A stretch of DNA of 64,000 nucleotides, from assembly GCA_043228905.1 (NCBI GenBank), contig JBHGNT010000010.1:12648001-12712000 (forward strand). Reading direction: 5' to 3'. The position numbers were made by a program, and so were the translations under genes. Origin of the DNA: Azolla caroliniana. Its lineage: Eukaryota > Plantae > Polypodiophyta. The notes under the pieces are model-generated. The model saw only the letters and a list, made by a program, of their open reading frames with translations, had not been told where the DNA came from and ran no database searches. Within the stretch, counting starts at the first letter, position 1. Each line of letters begins with the position of its first letter. Shown one piece after another: positions 50,040 to 62,426 of the stretch.

Positions 50040-53000
50040 ACTAATTCATTAACAAACGACTAGAATGATACATTATAATCTAGTTGCCTCGGATCCTTAC
50101 TTTTTACCTCGGACGCCCGACTACAAGTAGATATATCATATATAATGAATTAATGTGGCATCGATAAAAACCCTTGAAATTATCAAATCCTTAAAACGAT
50201 AGTGTGTTAGAACAACCCTCAGTTTGTCATTGATGCTTGCGCAATATATAAATATTATTTGTTTCTAATCAATCAGTGCAATATAAAAAACCACACAAGA
50301 TGTGATCCATTGTAGTCTAGTTGGTTAGGATACTTAGCTTTCACCCGAGAGACCCGGGTTTAACTCCCGGCAATGGAAACGACAATATCATATATAAAAT
50401 TTCCGACGTATATCATGTGTTAATTGTTTGATAACTCAAATAGTCAAGCTCTAAAGTAGTTGTTAGAATAATGTACAATTAACAAAATAATCAATATTAT
50501 GTTTGAAGGATTGATGACGAACCTTGCTTTGATTTGTTTCTCCTAACATCAATTTCTAAACTTAATCCCATTATTCAATTAATAGTATAGGTTTCAAATG
50601 AGATTTGACAAAACATTATGTTGTTCGGGACAATAGGAAGCAGTATATTTAGTCGTGGTTATTCCTCAACATTGTTACGATAAATTAGTACACCAAGAAT
50701 TATAATTTGGATAACTTGATACAATTTCTAAAAATACACATAGATTGTCGAATAATGGTGAATTCATGAGCATTGCACCATGTTTCTTTATTTGATCGAA
50801 AGCACATGAATATTACATTAACTAATTCATTTACTAAATGAATTCCATTCTACTCTAGTTCGTTCGAATAATTTTTCTTTACACGAGACTCTCGGCTACA
50901 GCAATAACCATTGGAAAAACTAGATACATCATAGATTATGAGGTAATGTCGCATCGATAAAAACCCTTGAAATTATTAAATCTTAAAAATGAGAGTGTGT
51001 TAGAATAATACTAAGTCTGTCGTTGATGCTTTCCCATTATATAAATATTACTTATTACTAATCTACGATTGCAATATATCTATACACAAGATAGGATCCA
51101 TTGAAGTCTGGTTGGTTAGATTACTCGGTTCTCACCCGAGAGACTCGGGTTCAACTCCCGGCAATGAAAACGACAATATCATATATTAAATTTCCGACAT
51201 ATATCTTGTGTTAATTATTTGATAACTAAAAAACTCAAGACCTAAAAAGTAAAATTAACAAAATAATCAATATTATGTTTGAATGATTGATAACAGACTT
51301 TAGTTTCGTTTTATAGTTTGGATAACTTGATAGAATTTCCAAACATACGCATAGATTGTAGAGTAATGTTGAACTCTCGATCAACATTGCACCATAATTC
51401 TTTATTTGAAGAAAAGCACTAGAATATTAAATTAACTAATTCATTTACAAAATGAATTCTATTGTAGTCTAGTTGGTTCGGATCCTTGTTTTTTACACGA
51501 GACTCCCGGGTACAACAATAGGCATTGGAAAAAATAGATCCATCATGGATCATGAGGTAATGTCGTATCGATAAAAACCCTTGAAATTATTTAATCTTAA
51601 AAACCAGAGTGTGTTACTAATCAATGATTGCAATATTAAAAAGTGTATCAGATGTGATCCATTGAAGTCTAGTTGGATAGATTACTCGGCTCTTACCCGA
51701 GAGACTCGGGTTCAACTCCCGGCAATGAAAATGACAATATCATATATTAAATATCCGATGCATATCTTGTGTTAACTGTTTGATAACTCAAAAACTCAAG
51801 ACCTAAAGTAGATGTTACAATAATGTACAATTAACAAAATAATCAATATTCTCTTTGAAGGATTGATTTAGAATTTTGCTTTCATTTTTTTCTCCTAGCA
51901 TCAATTTCTAAACCTAATCCCATTATTCAATTAATAGTAGAGGTTTCAAATGAAATTTGACAAAATATTATGTTGTTCGGGACAAGAAGAAGCAATATAT
52001 TTAGTCGTGCTTATTTCTCATCATGGTTACGACAAATTAGTACACCGACAATTATAGTTTGGATAACTTGATAGAATTTCCAAAAATACGCATAGATTGT
52101 AGAGTAATGGTGAACTCTCGATCAACATTGCACCATATTTCTTTATTTGAAGCAAAGCACATGAATATTACATTAACTAATTCACTTACTAAATGAATTC
52201 CTTTGTAGTCTAGTTGGTTCAGATCCTAAAGTAGTTGTTACAATAATGTACAATTAAGAAAATAATCCAAACATTAATTTCTCCTAACATTAATTTCTAA
52301 ACTTAATCCCAATATTCTCTTTGAAGGATTGATTTAGAATTTTGCTTTCATTTTTTTCTCCTAACATCAATTTCTAAACCTAATCCCATTATTCAATTAA
52401 TAGTAGAGGTTTCAAATGAAATTTGACAAAACATTATGTTGTTTGGGACAAGAAGTAGTATATTTAGTCGTGGTTATTCCTCAACATTGTTACGATAAAT
52501 TAGTACACCAACAAATATAGTTTGGATAACTCCATACAATTTGAAACAATACCTATAGATTGCAGAATATTTGTGAACTGTCAATGAGCATTGCATTATG
52601 TTTCTCTATTTGTAACATAGGAGTAGAATGGTACATTAACTAATTCATTTACCAAACGAATTCCATTGAAATCCAGTTGCGTCGTATCCTGGCTTTTTAC
52701 CTGAGACGCACGGGTACAAGTAGATATATCATATATCATGAGTTAATGTGGCATCGAGAAAAACCCTTGAAATTATTAAATAAAAAATCGAGAGTGTGAT
52801 AGAATAATCCTCAGTTTCTCGTTGATGCTTGCGCAATATATAAATTTTATTTATTACTAATCAATGATTACAATATTAGAAAGTGCACAAGATGTGATCC
52901 ATTGTAGTCTAGTTGGTTAGGATACATGGCTCTCACCCGAGACACTCGGGTTCAATTCCCGGCAATGGAAACGATATTATCATATATTTAAAGTCTGACA

Positions 53001-56000
53001 CATACCATGTGTTAACTGTTTGATTACTCGAAAACTCAAAAGCTAAAGTAGGTGTTACAATAATGTACAATTAACTAAATAATCAATATTATGCTAGACG
53101 GATTGATGACGAAATTTACTTTGATTTCTTTCTCCTAATATCAATTTCTAAACTTAATCCCATTATTCGATTAATGGTAGTGGTTTCGAATGAACTTGGA
53201 TGAAACATTATGTTGTTCGGGTCAACAACAAGAAGTATATTTAGTTGTGGTTATTCCGCAACATTGTTATGATAAATTAGTATACCAACAAGTATAGTTT
53301 GGATAACTCGATACAATTTCAAACAATACGCACACATTGCCGAATAATGGTTAACTGTCAATGAGCATTGCACCATGTTTCTTTTTTTGTAACAAAGGAC
53401 TAGAATGGTACATTAACTAATTCATTTATTAAATGAATTCTATTGTAATCAAGTTGCCTCGGATACTTGCTTATAACCCGAGACGCACGACTACAAGTAC
53501 ATATATCATATATTATGAGTTAATGTGGCATCGATAAAAACCCTTGAAATTATTAAATCTTAAACCGAGAGTGTGTTAGAATAATCCTCAGTTTTTCGTT
53601 CATGCTTGCGAAAAATATATATACATATATTTTCTAATCAATGATTGCAAGATGTAATCCATTGTAGTCTAGTTGGTTAGAATACTCTGCTCCCACCCAA
53701 GAGAACCGGGTTCAACTCCCGTCAATGGATACATCATAGCCATGAGTTAATTTGGCATATATATAAAAACGCGTGAAATTATTAAATCTTAAAAAGGAGA
53801 CTATGTTAGAATAATCCTGTGTTTCTCGTAGATGCTTGCGCAATATATAAATATTATTTATTTTTTTCTTTTAACATCAATTTCTAAACTTAATCCTATT
53901 ATTCAATTAATGGTAGAGGTTTCAAATGAAATTTGACAAAACATTATGTTGTTCGAGATAACAAGAAGCAGTATATTTAGTTCTGGTTATTCCACAACTT
54001 TGTTACGGCAAATTATTACACCAACAATTAGATTTTGGAATTTCAAACAATACGCATAGATTGCAGAATAATGGTCAATTGTCGATGAGTATGCACCATG
54101 TTTCTTTATTTCTAACAAAGGACTAAAATGGTACATTAACTAAGTCATTTACTAAATGAATAGCATTGTAATGAAGTTGCCTTGGATCCTAGCTTTTTAC
54201 CTGAGACGCCCGGGTAGAAGTAGATATATCCTATATCATGAGTTAATATGGCATCGATGGAAACCCTTAAAATTATTAAATCTTAATAACGAGAGTGTGT
54301 TAGAATAATCCTCTGTTTGTCGTTGATGCTTGCACAATATATAAATATTATTTATTACTAATCAATGATTGCAATATTATTTATTACTAATCAATGAAAT
54401 GCAAACGACAATATGATATATTAAACTTCCGACGCATATCATGTGTTAATTGTTTGATAACTCAAAAACTCAAGACCTAAAGTAGGCATTATAATAATGT
54501 ACAATTAACAAAATAATCAATATTATGTTTGAAGGTCTGAGAAAGAACTTTACTAACATCAATATTATGATTTTTCTCTCCTAAGATCAATTATTCGATT
54601 AATGGTAGAGATTTTAATTGAAATTGGACAAAACATTATGTTGTTCGGGAAAACAAGAAGCAGTATATTTCGTTGTGGTTATTCGTCAACATTGTTATGA
54701 CAAATTAGTACACCAACAATTACAGTTTGGATAACTAGATACAATTTCAAACAATACGCATCGGTTGTAGAATAATGGTCAACTATCGATGACTATTGCA
54801 CCATGTTTCTTTATTTGTAACAAAGCACTAGAAATGTAAATTAACTAATTCATTTACTAAATAAATTCCATTTTTATCAAGTTGCCTCGCATCCTTGCTT
54901 TTTACATGCGACGCCCGGGTACAAGTAGATATACCATATATCATGAGTATATGTGGCATCGAAAAAAACTCTTGAAATTATTAAATCCTAAAAACGAGAG
55001 TGTGTTAAAATAATCCTCAGTTTTTCGTTGATACTTGTGCAATATATAAATATTATTTATTTATAATCAATGATAGCAAGATTAAAAAGCACACAATATG
55101 TGATCCACGATAGTCTAGTTGGTTAAAATACTCGGCTCTCACCGGAGAGACCCGGGTTCAACTCTCGCCATTGATGGAAACAACAATATCATATATAAAA
55201 AATTTCGACGCATATCACGTGTTATTTGTCTGATAACTCAGAAACTCGAGTCCTAAAGTAGGTGTTACAATAATCTACAATTAACAAAATAATGAATATT
55301 ATGTTTAAACGATTGATGATGAACTTTTCTTTGATTTTCTTCTCCTAACATCAATTTTTAAACATGATTCCATTATTCGATTAATGGTAGAGGTTTCGAA
55401 TGAAATTGGAGAAAATATTATGTGGTTCGGGACAATAAGAAGAAGTATATTTAGTTGTGGTTATTCCTCAACATTGTTACAATAAATTAGCACACCAACA
55501 ATTAGAGTTTAGATAACTTGATTCAATTTCAAACAATACGCATAGATTGCAGAATAATTTTCTACTGTCGACAAGCATTGTACCATTTTACTTTATTTGT
55601 GTAGTCTAGTTGGTTAGGATACTCGCCTCTCACCCAAGAGAGCCGGGTTCAATTCCCGTTTATGGAAACAACGATATCATATATTAAACTTCCGACGCAA
55701 ATCATGTGTTAACTGTTTGATAACTCAAAAACTCAAGACCTAAAGTAGGTGTTACAATAATGTACAATTAACAAAATAATCAATATTATGTTTAAAGGAC
55801 CGAGAAAGAACTTTACTTTGATTTTTTTCTCCTAACATCAATTTCTAAACTTAATCCCATTATTCGATTAATGGTAGAGGTTTTAAGTTAAATTGGACAA
55901 AAATTATGTTGCTCGGGGCAACAAGAAGCAGTATATTTGGTTGTGGTTATTCGTCAACATTGTTACGGCAAATTAGTACACCAACAATTGTAGTTTGGAT

Positions 56001-57440
56001 AACTAGATACAATTTCAAACAATAAACATCGGTTGTAGAATAATGGTCAACTATCAATGACTATTGCACCATGTTTCTTTATTTGTAACAAAGCACTAGA
56101 AATGTAAATTAACTAATTCATTTACTAAATGAATTCCATTTTCATGAAGTTGCCTCGGATCCTTGCTTTTTACATGTGACGCCCGGCTACAAGTAGATAT
56201 ACCATATATCATGAGTATATGTGGCATCGATAAAAACTCTTGAAATTATTAAATCCTAAAAAGGGGAGTGTGTTAAAATAATCCTCAGTTTTTAGTTGAT
56301 GCTTGCGCAATATATATATATATTATTTATTTCTAATCAATCATAGCAAGATTAAAAAGCACACAATATTTGATCCACGATAGTCTAGTTGGTAAGGATA
56401 CTTGGGTCTCACCTGAGAGACCCGGGTTCAACTCTCGCCAATGGAAACAACAATATCATATATTAAATTTTCGATGCATATCAAGTGTTAAAGTATATCT
56501 TACAATAATGTACAATTAACAAAATAATCAATATTATGTTTGAATGATTGATGACGAACTTTACTTTGATTTTCTTCTGCTAACATCAATTTCTAAACTT
56601 AATTCCATTATTCGATTAATGGTAGAGGTTTCGAATGAAATTGGAGAAAATATTATGTGGTTTGGGACAACAAGAAGAAGTATATTTAGCTATGGTTATT
56701 CCTCAACATTGTTACGATAAATTAGTACACCAAGAATTATAGTTTAGATAACTTGATTCAATTTCAAACAATACGCATAGATTGCAGAATAATGTGCAAC
56801 TGTCAACAAGCATTGTACCATTTCTGTTTATTTGTGTAGTCTAGTTGGTCAGGATACTCGGCTCTCACACGAGAGACCCGGGTTCAATTCCCGTCTATGG
56901 AAACGACAATCTCATATATTAAACTTCCGACGCATATCATGTGTTAACTGTTTGATAACTCATAAACTCAAGACTTAAAGTAGGTGTTACAATAATGTAC
57001 AATTAACAAAATAATCAATATTATGTTTGAAGGACTGATAAAGAACTGAACTTTGATTTTTTTCTCCTAACATCAATTTGTAAACTTAATCCCATTTTTC
57101 GATTAATAGTAGAGGTTTTAATTGAAATTGGACAAAACATTATGTTCTTCAGGACAACATGAAGCAGTATATTTGGTTGTGGTTATTCGTCAACATTGTT
57201 ACGGCAAATTACGCATAGATTGTAGAATAATGATGAACTCTCGATCAACATGGCACTATATTTTTTTATTTGAAGCAAAGCTCTAGAATATTACACATTA
57301 ACTAATTCATTTACTTAATGAATTCCATTATAGTCTAGTTGGCATTAGAAAAACTAGACACATCCGAGATCATGAGGTAATGTTGAATCCATAAAAACCC
57401 TTGAAATTATTAAATCTTAAAAACAAGAGTGTGTTAGAAT
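50040..57440 (+). repeat. Higher-order duplication of ~1-10790, with deletions
   Basis: Position 1 aligns to 50040; shared rare variants ccgtcaatggatacatca (5540/53720), gccattgatggaaacaac (9760/55167) and cattagaaaaactagacacatccgag (10682/57343). Confidence 0.88.
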
Positions 57441-59230
57441 AATCCTCAGTTTCGAGTCAATGCTTGCGCAATATATAAATATTATTTATTACTAATTAAT
57501 GATTGCAATATTAAAAAGTACACTAGATATGATCCATTGTACTCTAGTTGGTAAGGATACTTGGCTCTCACCCAAGAGACCCAGGGTGAACTCCCAGCAA
57601 TTGAAACGATAATATCATGTGTTAATTGTTTGGTAACTCAAAAACTCAAACTCTAAAGTAGTTGTTAGAATAATGTACAATTAACAAAATAATCAAAAGT
57701 ATGTTTGAAAGATTGATGACGAACTTTGCTTTGATATTTTTCTCCTAACACCAATATCTAAACTTAATCCCATTATTCCATTAATAGTATAGGTTTCAAA
57801 TGAAATTTGACAAAACATTATGTTGTTTGGGACCAGAAGAAGTAGTATATTTAGTGGTGGTTATTCGTCAACATTGTTACGACAAATTAGTACACCAAGA
57901 ATCATAGATTGGATAACTTGATACAATTTCTAAAAATACGAGTAGATTGTCGAATAATGGTGAATTCTCGATGAGCATTATTGCACCATGTTTCCTTATT
58001 TAAAGTAAAGCACTAGAATATTACATTAACGAATTCATTTACTAAATGAAGTCCATTGTAATCAAGTTGCCTCGGGTCCTTGCTTTTTACTTGAGACGCC
58101 CGGGTACAAGTACATTTATCCCATATCATGAGTTAATAACGCATTGATAAAAACTCTTGAAATTATTAAATCTTAAAAACGAGAGTGTGTTAGAATAATC
58201 CTCTGTTTCTCGTTGATGCTTGCGCACTATATAAATATTATTTATTACTAATCAATGATTGCAATATTAAAAAGTACACAAGATATGATCCATTGTAGTC
58301 TAGTTGGTTAGGATACTCGGCTTTCACCCGAGAGACCCAGGTTCAACTCCTAGCAATGGAAATGACAATATCATATATTAAATTTCTGACGCATATCATG
58401 TGTTAACTGTTAGATAACTCAAAAACTCAGGACCTAAAGTAGATGTTACAATAATGTACAATTAATAAAATAATCAATATTATGTTGTAGATGTTAGAAT
58501 AATGTACAACTAACAAAATAATCAATATTATGTTTGAAGGATTGATGACGAACTTTGCTTTCATTTTTTTCTCCTAACATCAATTTCTAAATTTAATCCC
58601 ATTATTCAATTAATAGTAGAGGTTTGAAATGGAATTTGACACAAGATTATGTTGTTCGGGACCAGAAGAAGCAATATATTTACTCGTGGTTATTTATGAA
58701 CATTGTTACGACAAATTAGTACACCGACAATTATAGTTTGGATAACTTGATACAATTTCCAAAAATACGCATAGATTGTAGAATAATGGTGAACTCTCGA
58801 ACAACATTGTACCATATTTCTTTATTTGAAGCAAAGCACTGGAATATTACATTAACTAATTCATGTACTAAATGAATTCCATTGAATTCTAGTTGATTCG
58901 GATACTTGTTTTTCACACCAGACTCCCGAGTATAACATTATGTTGTTCAGGACAACAAGAAGCAGTAGATTTGGTTGTGGTTATTCGTCAACATTGTTAC
59001 GGCAAATTAGTACACCAACAATTTTAGTTGGGATAACTCGATTCAATTTCAAACAATACTCATAGATTGCAAAATAATGGTCAACTCTCGACAAGTTTTG
59101 CACCATGTTTCTTTTTTTGTAGCAATGCACTAGAATAGTGCATTAAGTAATATATTTACTAAATGAATTCCATTGTAATCAAGTTGTCTCGAATCGTTTA
59201 TTTTTACTCGAAACATGCAGGTACAAGTAC

Positions 59231-59799
59231 AAACCTATCCACCCCGAATGGTCATGGTAGCACTGATGAGCCCCATAGGGGGCGAAACTAGTTTGCTCAT
59301 GACCATTACCCATCGTATTGTAATTTTTCCTTTTTCTTAATGAAAATTAGTCTCCTTCTTAATCTCTCCCTCTCTCTAATCTAGACTATTTAGCTTATGG
59401 TTATGTTTTAGCTTGTTTCTAATTTTAATGTTAGTGATTAATCCCTCGTCTCTCTCTCTCTCTCTCTCTCTCCCTCCCCTTCCTCTATCTCTTATTATGC
59501 CTCACTTACACCAAGTTTGTCAAATGATTTGGGTGTGCTCAAATTATTCTTGGTGTTTCTTTTCACTTTATCCCCTCTTGCACTTAATCGTAAACCCTTT
59601 TACCCTCTAAACCCTAAGCCCAAAACAAACACTAAACCCTAATTCTTAAACCCTAACCCTAACCCTAAACCTAAACCAAAACTCAAACCCTAATTCCTAA
59701 ACCCTAAACCTTTTCTCTATAACTCTACATCTTACATACTACACCCACCGATTGCCTACTGTCCGCACTCCTTGTTTCGACTTCACGGTCCAATTGAGA
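59231..59799 (+). repeat. Left direct repeat of element copy 2
   Basis: Near-identical to 22957-23537. Confidence 0.95.
59247..59307 (+). ncRNA. Type I hammerhead ribozyme
   Basis: Same motif; only loop II differs (ATAG); predicted cut after 59293. Confidence 0.9.
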
Positions 59800-60366
59800 A
59801 TATGTCATGCTTTCTATGGAGGTCCTTTCAACGGAGAATGGCACCCACGACGGTCGTGCATCGACACCCATCGAGCATCCGTTTCGTGACGAGTTCCCTC
59901 ATAACACGTTGATTGGCACTTGCAACGGCGACACCGGTTTTCTTCTTCCATCCCAACATGCAACACCGACACTCATTACTCGCCCCTTTTATATCTCTTC
60001 TTTGTATTAATAGCACGGGACTACACATGGTAGCCGTGTGTGCCCACTTCTCCCTCTTTAACTAATGCTCGGGACTACATGTTGTAGCCGGCTTATATGC
60101 ACAATCCTTATCACTCCCCCTCTTCTCCTTGATTTCTACAAAATTGTAAAAATGCCCCTCGTTTGTTTAACTAATTGTCACTCTACCCCTCTCCCTTTTC
60201 ATGTTTTCACTCAAAACCGCCCATTTCTCTCTTCTTTCTCTTTCTCTTTTAATTCTTGTTACTCTTTCTCTATCTCTACCCTTCCCATTTTCTTTTCCTA
60301 TATTTTACTCTACCCTCTCTCACCTCTATTCGTATACTCTACCCTTCCCCCTTTCATTTGAAATCA

Positions 60367-60732
60367 CACTCTACCCCTCCATATACTTTTCTCAATTTCA
60401 TTATACCCCTCCCTCTATTATTTTGACATTTTTAATTCCTACCCTTCCTCTCCTCAAAATATTGGATACCCCTCCCCTTCTTTTCTCCTAAAATTTATTC
60501 TACCCCTCCATCTACTTTTCTCAATTTCATTATACTCCTCCCTCTATTACTTTGACATTTTTAATTCCTACCCTTCCTCTCCTCAAAATATTGGATACCC
60601 CACCCCCTTCATTTCTCCTAAAATTCATTCTACCCCTCCACCTACTTTTCTCAATTTCATTATACCCCTCCCTTTATTACTTTGACATTTTTCCTACCCT
60701 TCGTCTCCTCAAAATATTGGATACCCCTCCCC
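60367..60732 (+). repeat. Same ~129-bp minisatellite, ~3 units
   Basis: Units near 60370, 60500 and 60630; one fewer than copy 1. Confidence 0.9.
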
Positions 60733-61499
60733 GTTTACTATTTTTTCCATACCCCTACCTCCTAGTTTCACTCATACCCCTATTTCCTCCTAGTTTCATT
60801 TATACCTCTCTCCTACACTTTTATTAAACCTAATCTTTAGATTATATTCACCCGTTGCCCTTCTCCTCGATTTCTATATATTTTAAACATCACCCCTCCC
60901 TTTAACCTTTCTTTTTAGTAGCTTTTTATTTAGGGTTTGCCTTACGGCTTTGTGAGGAGTGCGGGTCGATATACCCTTTCTCTCTTCTCTAACTCCTACC
61001 TCTCTCTCTTTTCCTTTAGCTTTCTAACTTTTTATTCTCTTTTCTCTCTCTCTCTCTCTCTACGTTTCTCTTATCACAATATACCCTTACATTTTCATAT
61101 TCCTTTTTTAGTCTTCTACCCTCATTGATCTCTCGCCTTTTTTTTGCTTACCTTACCCCTCCTCTTCCTTTTTTCTAAACCCTTAGCCTCCTCTTTGTAA
61201 GTCCCTTCGTTTTCTTTTTACTCTTTCTCCACCTTTCTATTTTTATATTTCTACCCTCACCCATGTTCTACTTTTTCTTACCCTACCCCTCCCATCCTCT
61301 TCCTAAATCTATAGCCTTCCCCTTTATTTTTCCCACACATGTCTCTCTCCCTTACCTCTCTCCTCTTTCCTTTCTCTCTCTTACTTTTTCTAGTTTACAC
61401 ACACATCTCTCTCCTCTCTCTCCCCTTTTGCTCTCTCTTAATTTTTTCACGTTTTCCCACTCTCTCTCCTCCTAGATCTACTCACTCCCCTTATGTCTA

Positions 61500-61548
<49 letters not shown>

Positions 61549-61827
61549 TCCCTTCTCATCATCTCACGTAAGCCTTGTTTCCCCCTCTCTCTGAATGCCC
61601 CTTATATTTCCTCACTTTTTACATTTTATATCCTAAACTCTCCCTTTTCTTCTTATCCCTCCTTTTACAATATAACCTCATACCAAAGCCTTCCCCTTAT
61701 CACATTAAAGCCCATAAAATCCTCTTCCTTCCTCTCCAAATCTTTCCACCCCTTTCAATCACATCCATAAGCACAACCCCACTCCCTATTGTCATTTCTC
61801 TAAAGCCACTCCGAAAACTCCCTATAT

Positions 61828-62041
61828 AAACCTATGCACCCCGAATAGTCATGGTAGCACTGATGAGCCCCGTAGGGGGCGAAACTAGTTTGCTCATGAC
61901 CATTACCCATCGTATTGTAATTTTTCCTTTTTCTTAATGAAAATTAGTCTCCTTCTTAATCTCTCCCTCTCTCTAATCTAGACTATTTAGGTTATGGTTA
62001 TGTTTTAGCTTGTTTCTAATTTTAATGTTAGTGATTAATCC

Positions 62042-62103
<62 letters not shown>

Positions 62104-62426
62104 CCCTTCCTCTATCTCTTATTATGCCTCACTTACACCAAGTTTGTCAAATGATTTGGGTGTGCTCAAATTATTCTTGGTGTTTCTTTTCACTTTATCC
62201 CCTCTTGCACTTAATCGTAAACCCTTTTACCCTCTAAACCCTAAGCCCAAAACAAACACTAAACCCTAATTCTTAAACCCTAACCCTAACCCTAAACCCA
62301 AACCAAAACTCAAACCCTAATTCCTAAACCCTAAACCTTTTCTCTATAACTCTACATCTTACATACTACACCCACCGATTGCCTACCGTCCGCACTCCTT
62401 GTTTCGACTTCACTGTCCAATTGAGA
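61828..62426 (+). repeat. Right direct repeat of element copy 2
   Basis: Near-identical to 27391-27993. Confidence 0.95.
61844..61904 (+). ncRNA. Type I hammerhead ribozyme
   Basis: Same motif; one G>A in distal stem I; core intact; predicted cut after 61890. Confidence 0.88.

Larger units (their letters stand above)
46980..59230 (+). repeat. tRNA-Glu tandem array, segment 4
   Basis: Same monomer; tRNA-like copies at e.g. 47168, 49248, 50306, 52898, 58289. Confidence 0.97.
59231..62426 (+). mobile_element. Non-autonomous hammerhead-ribozyme retroelement, copy 2 (uninterrupted)
   Basis: Direct repeats 59231-59799 and 61828-62426. The junctions with the array are the same as in copy 1, so it was duplicated with its flanks rather than inserted independently. 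Confidence 0.75.
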
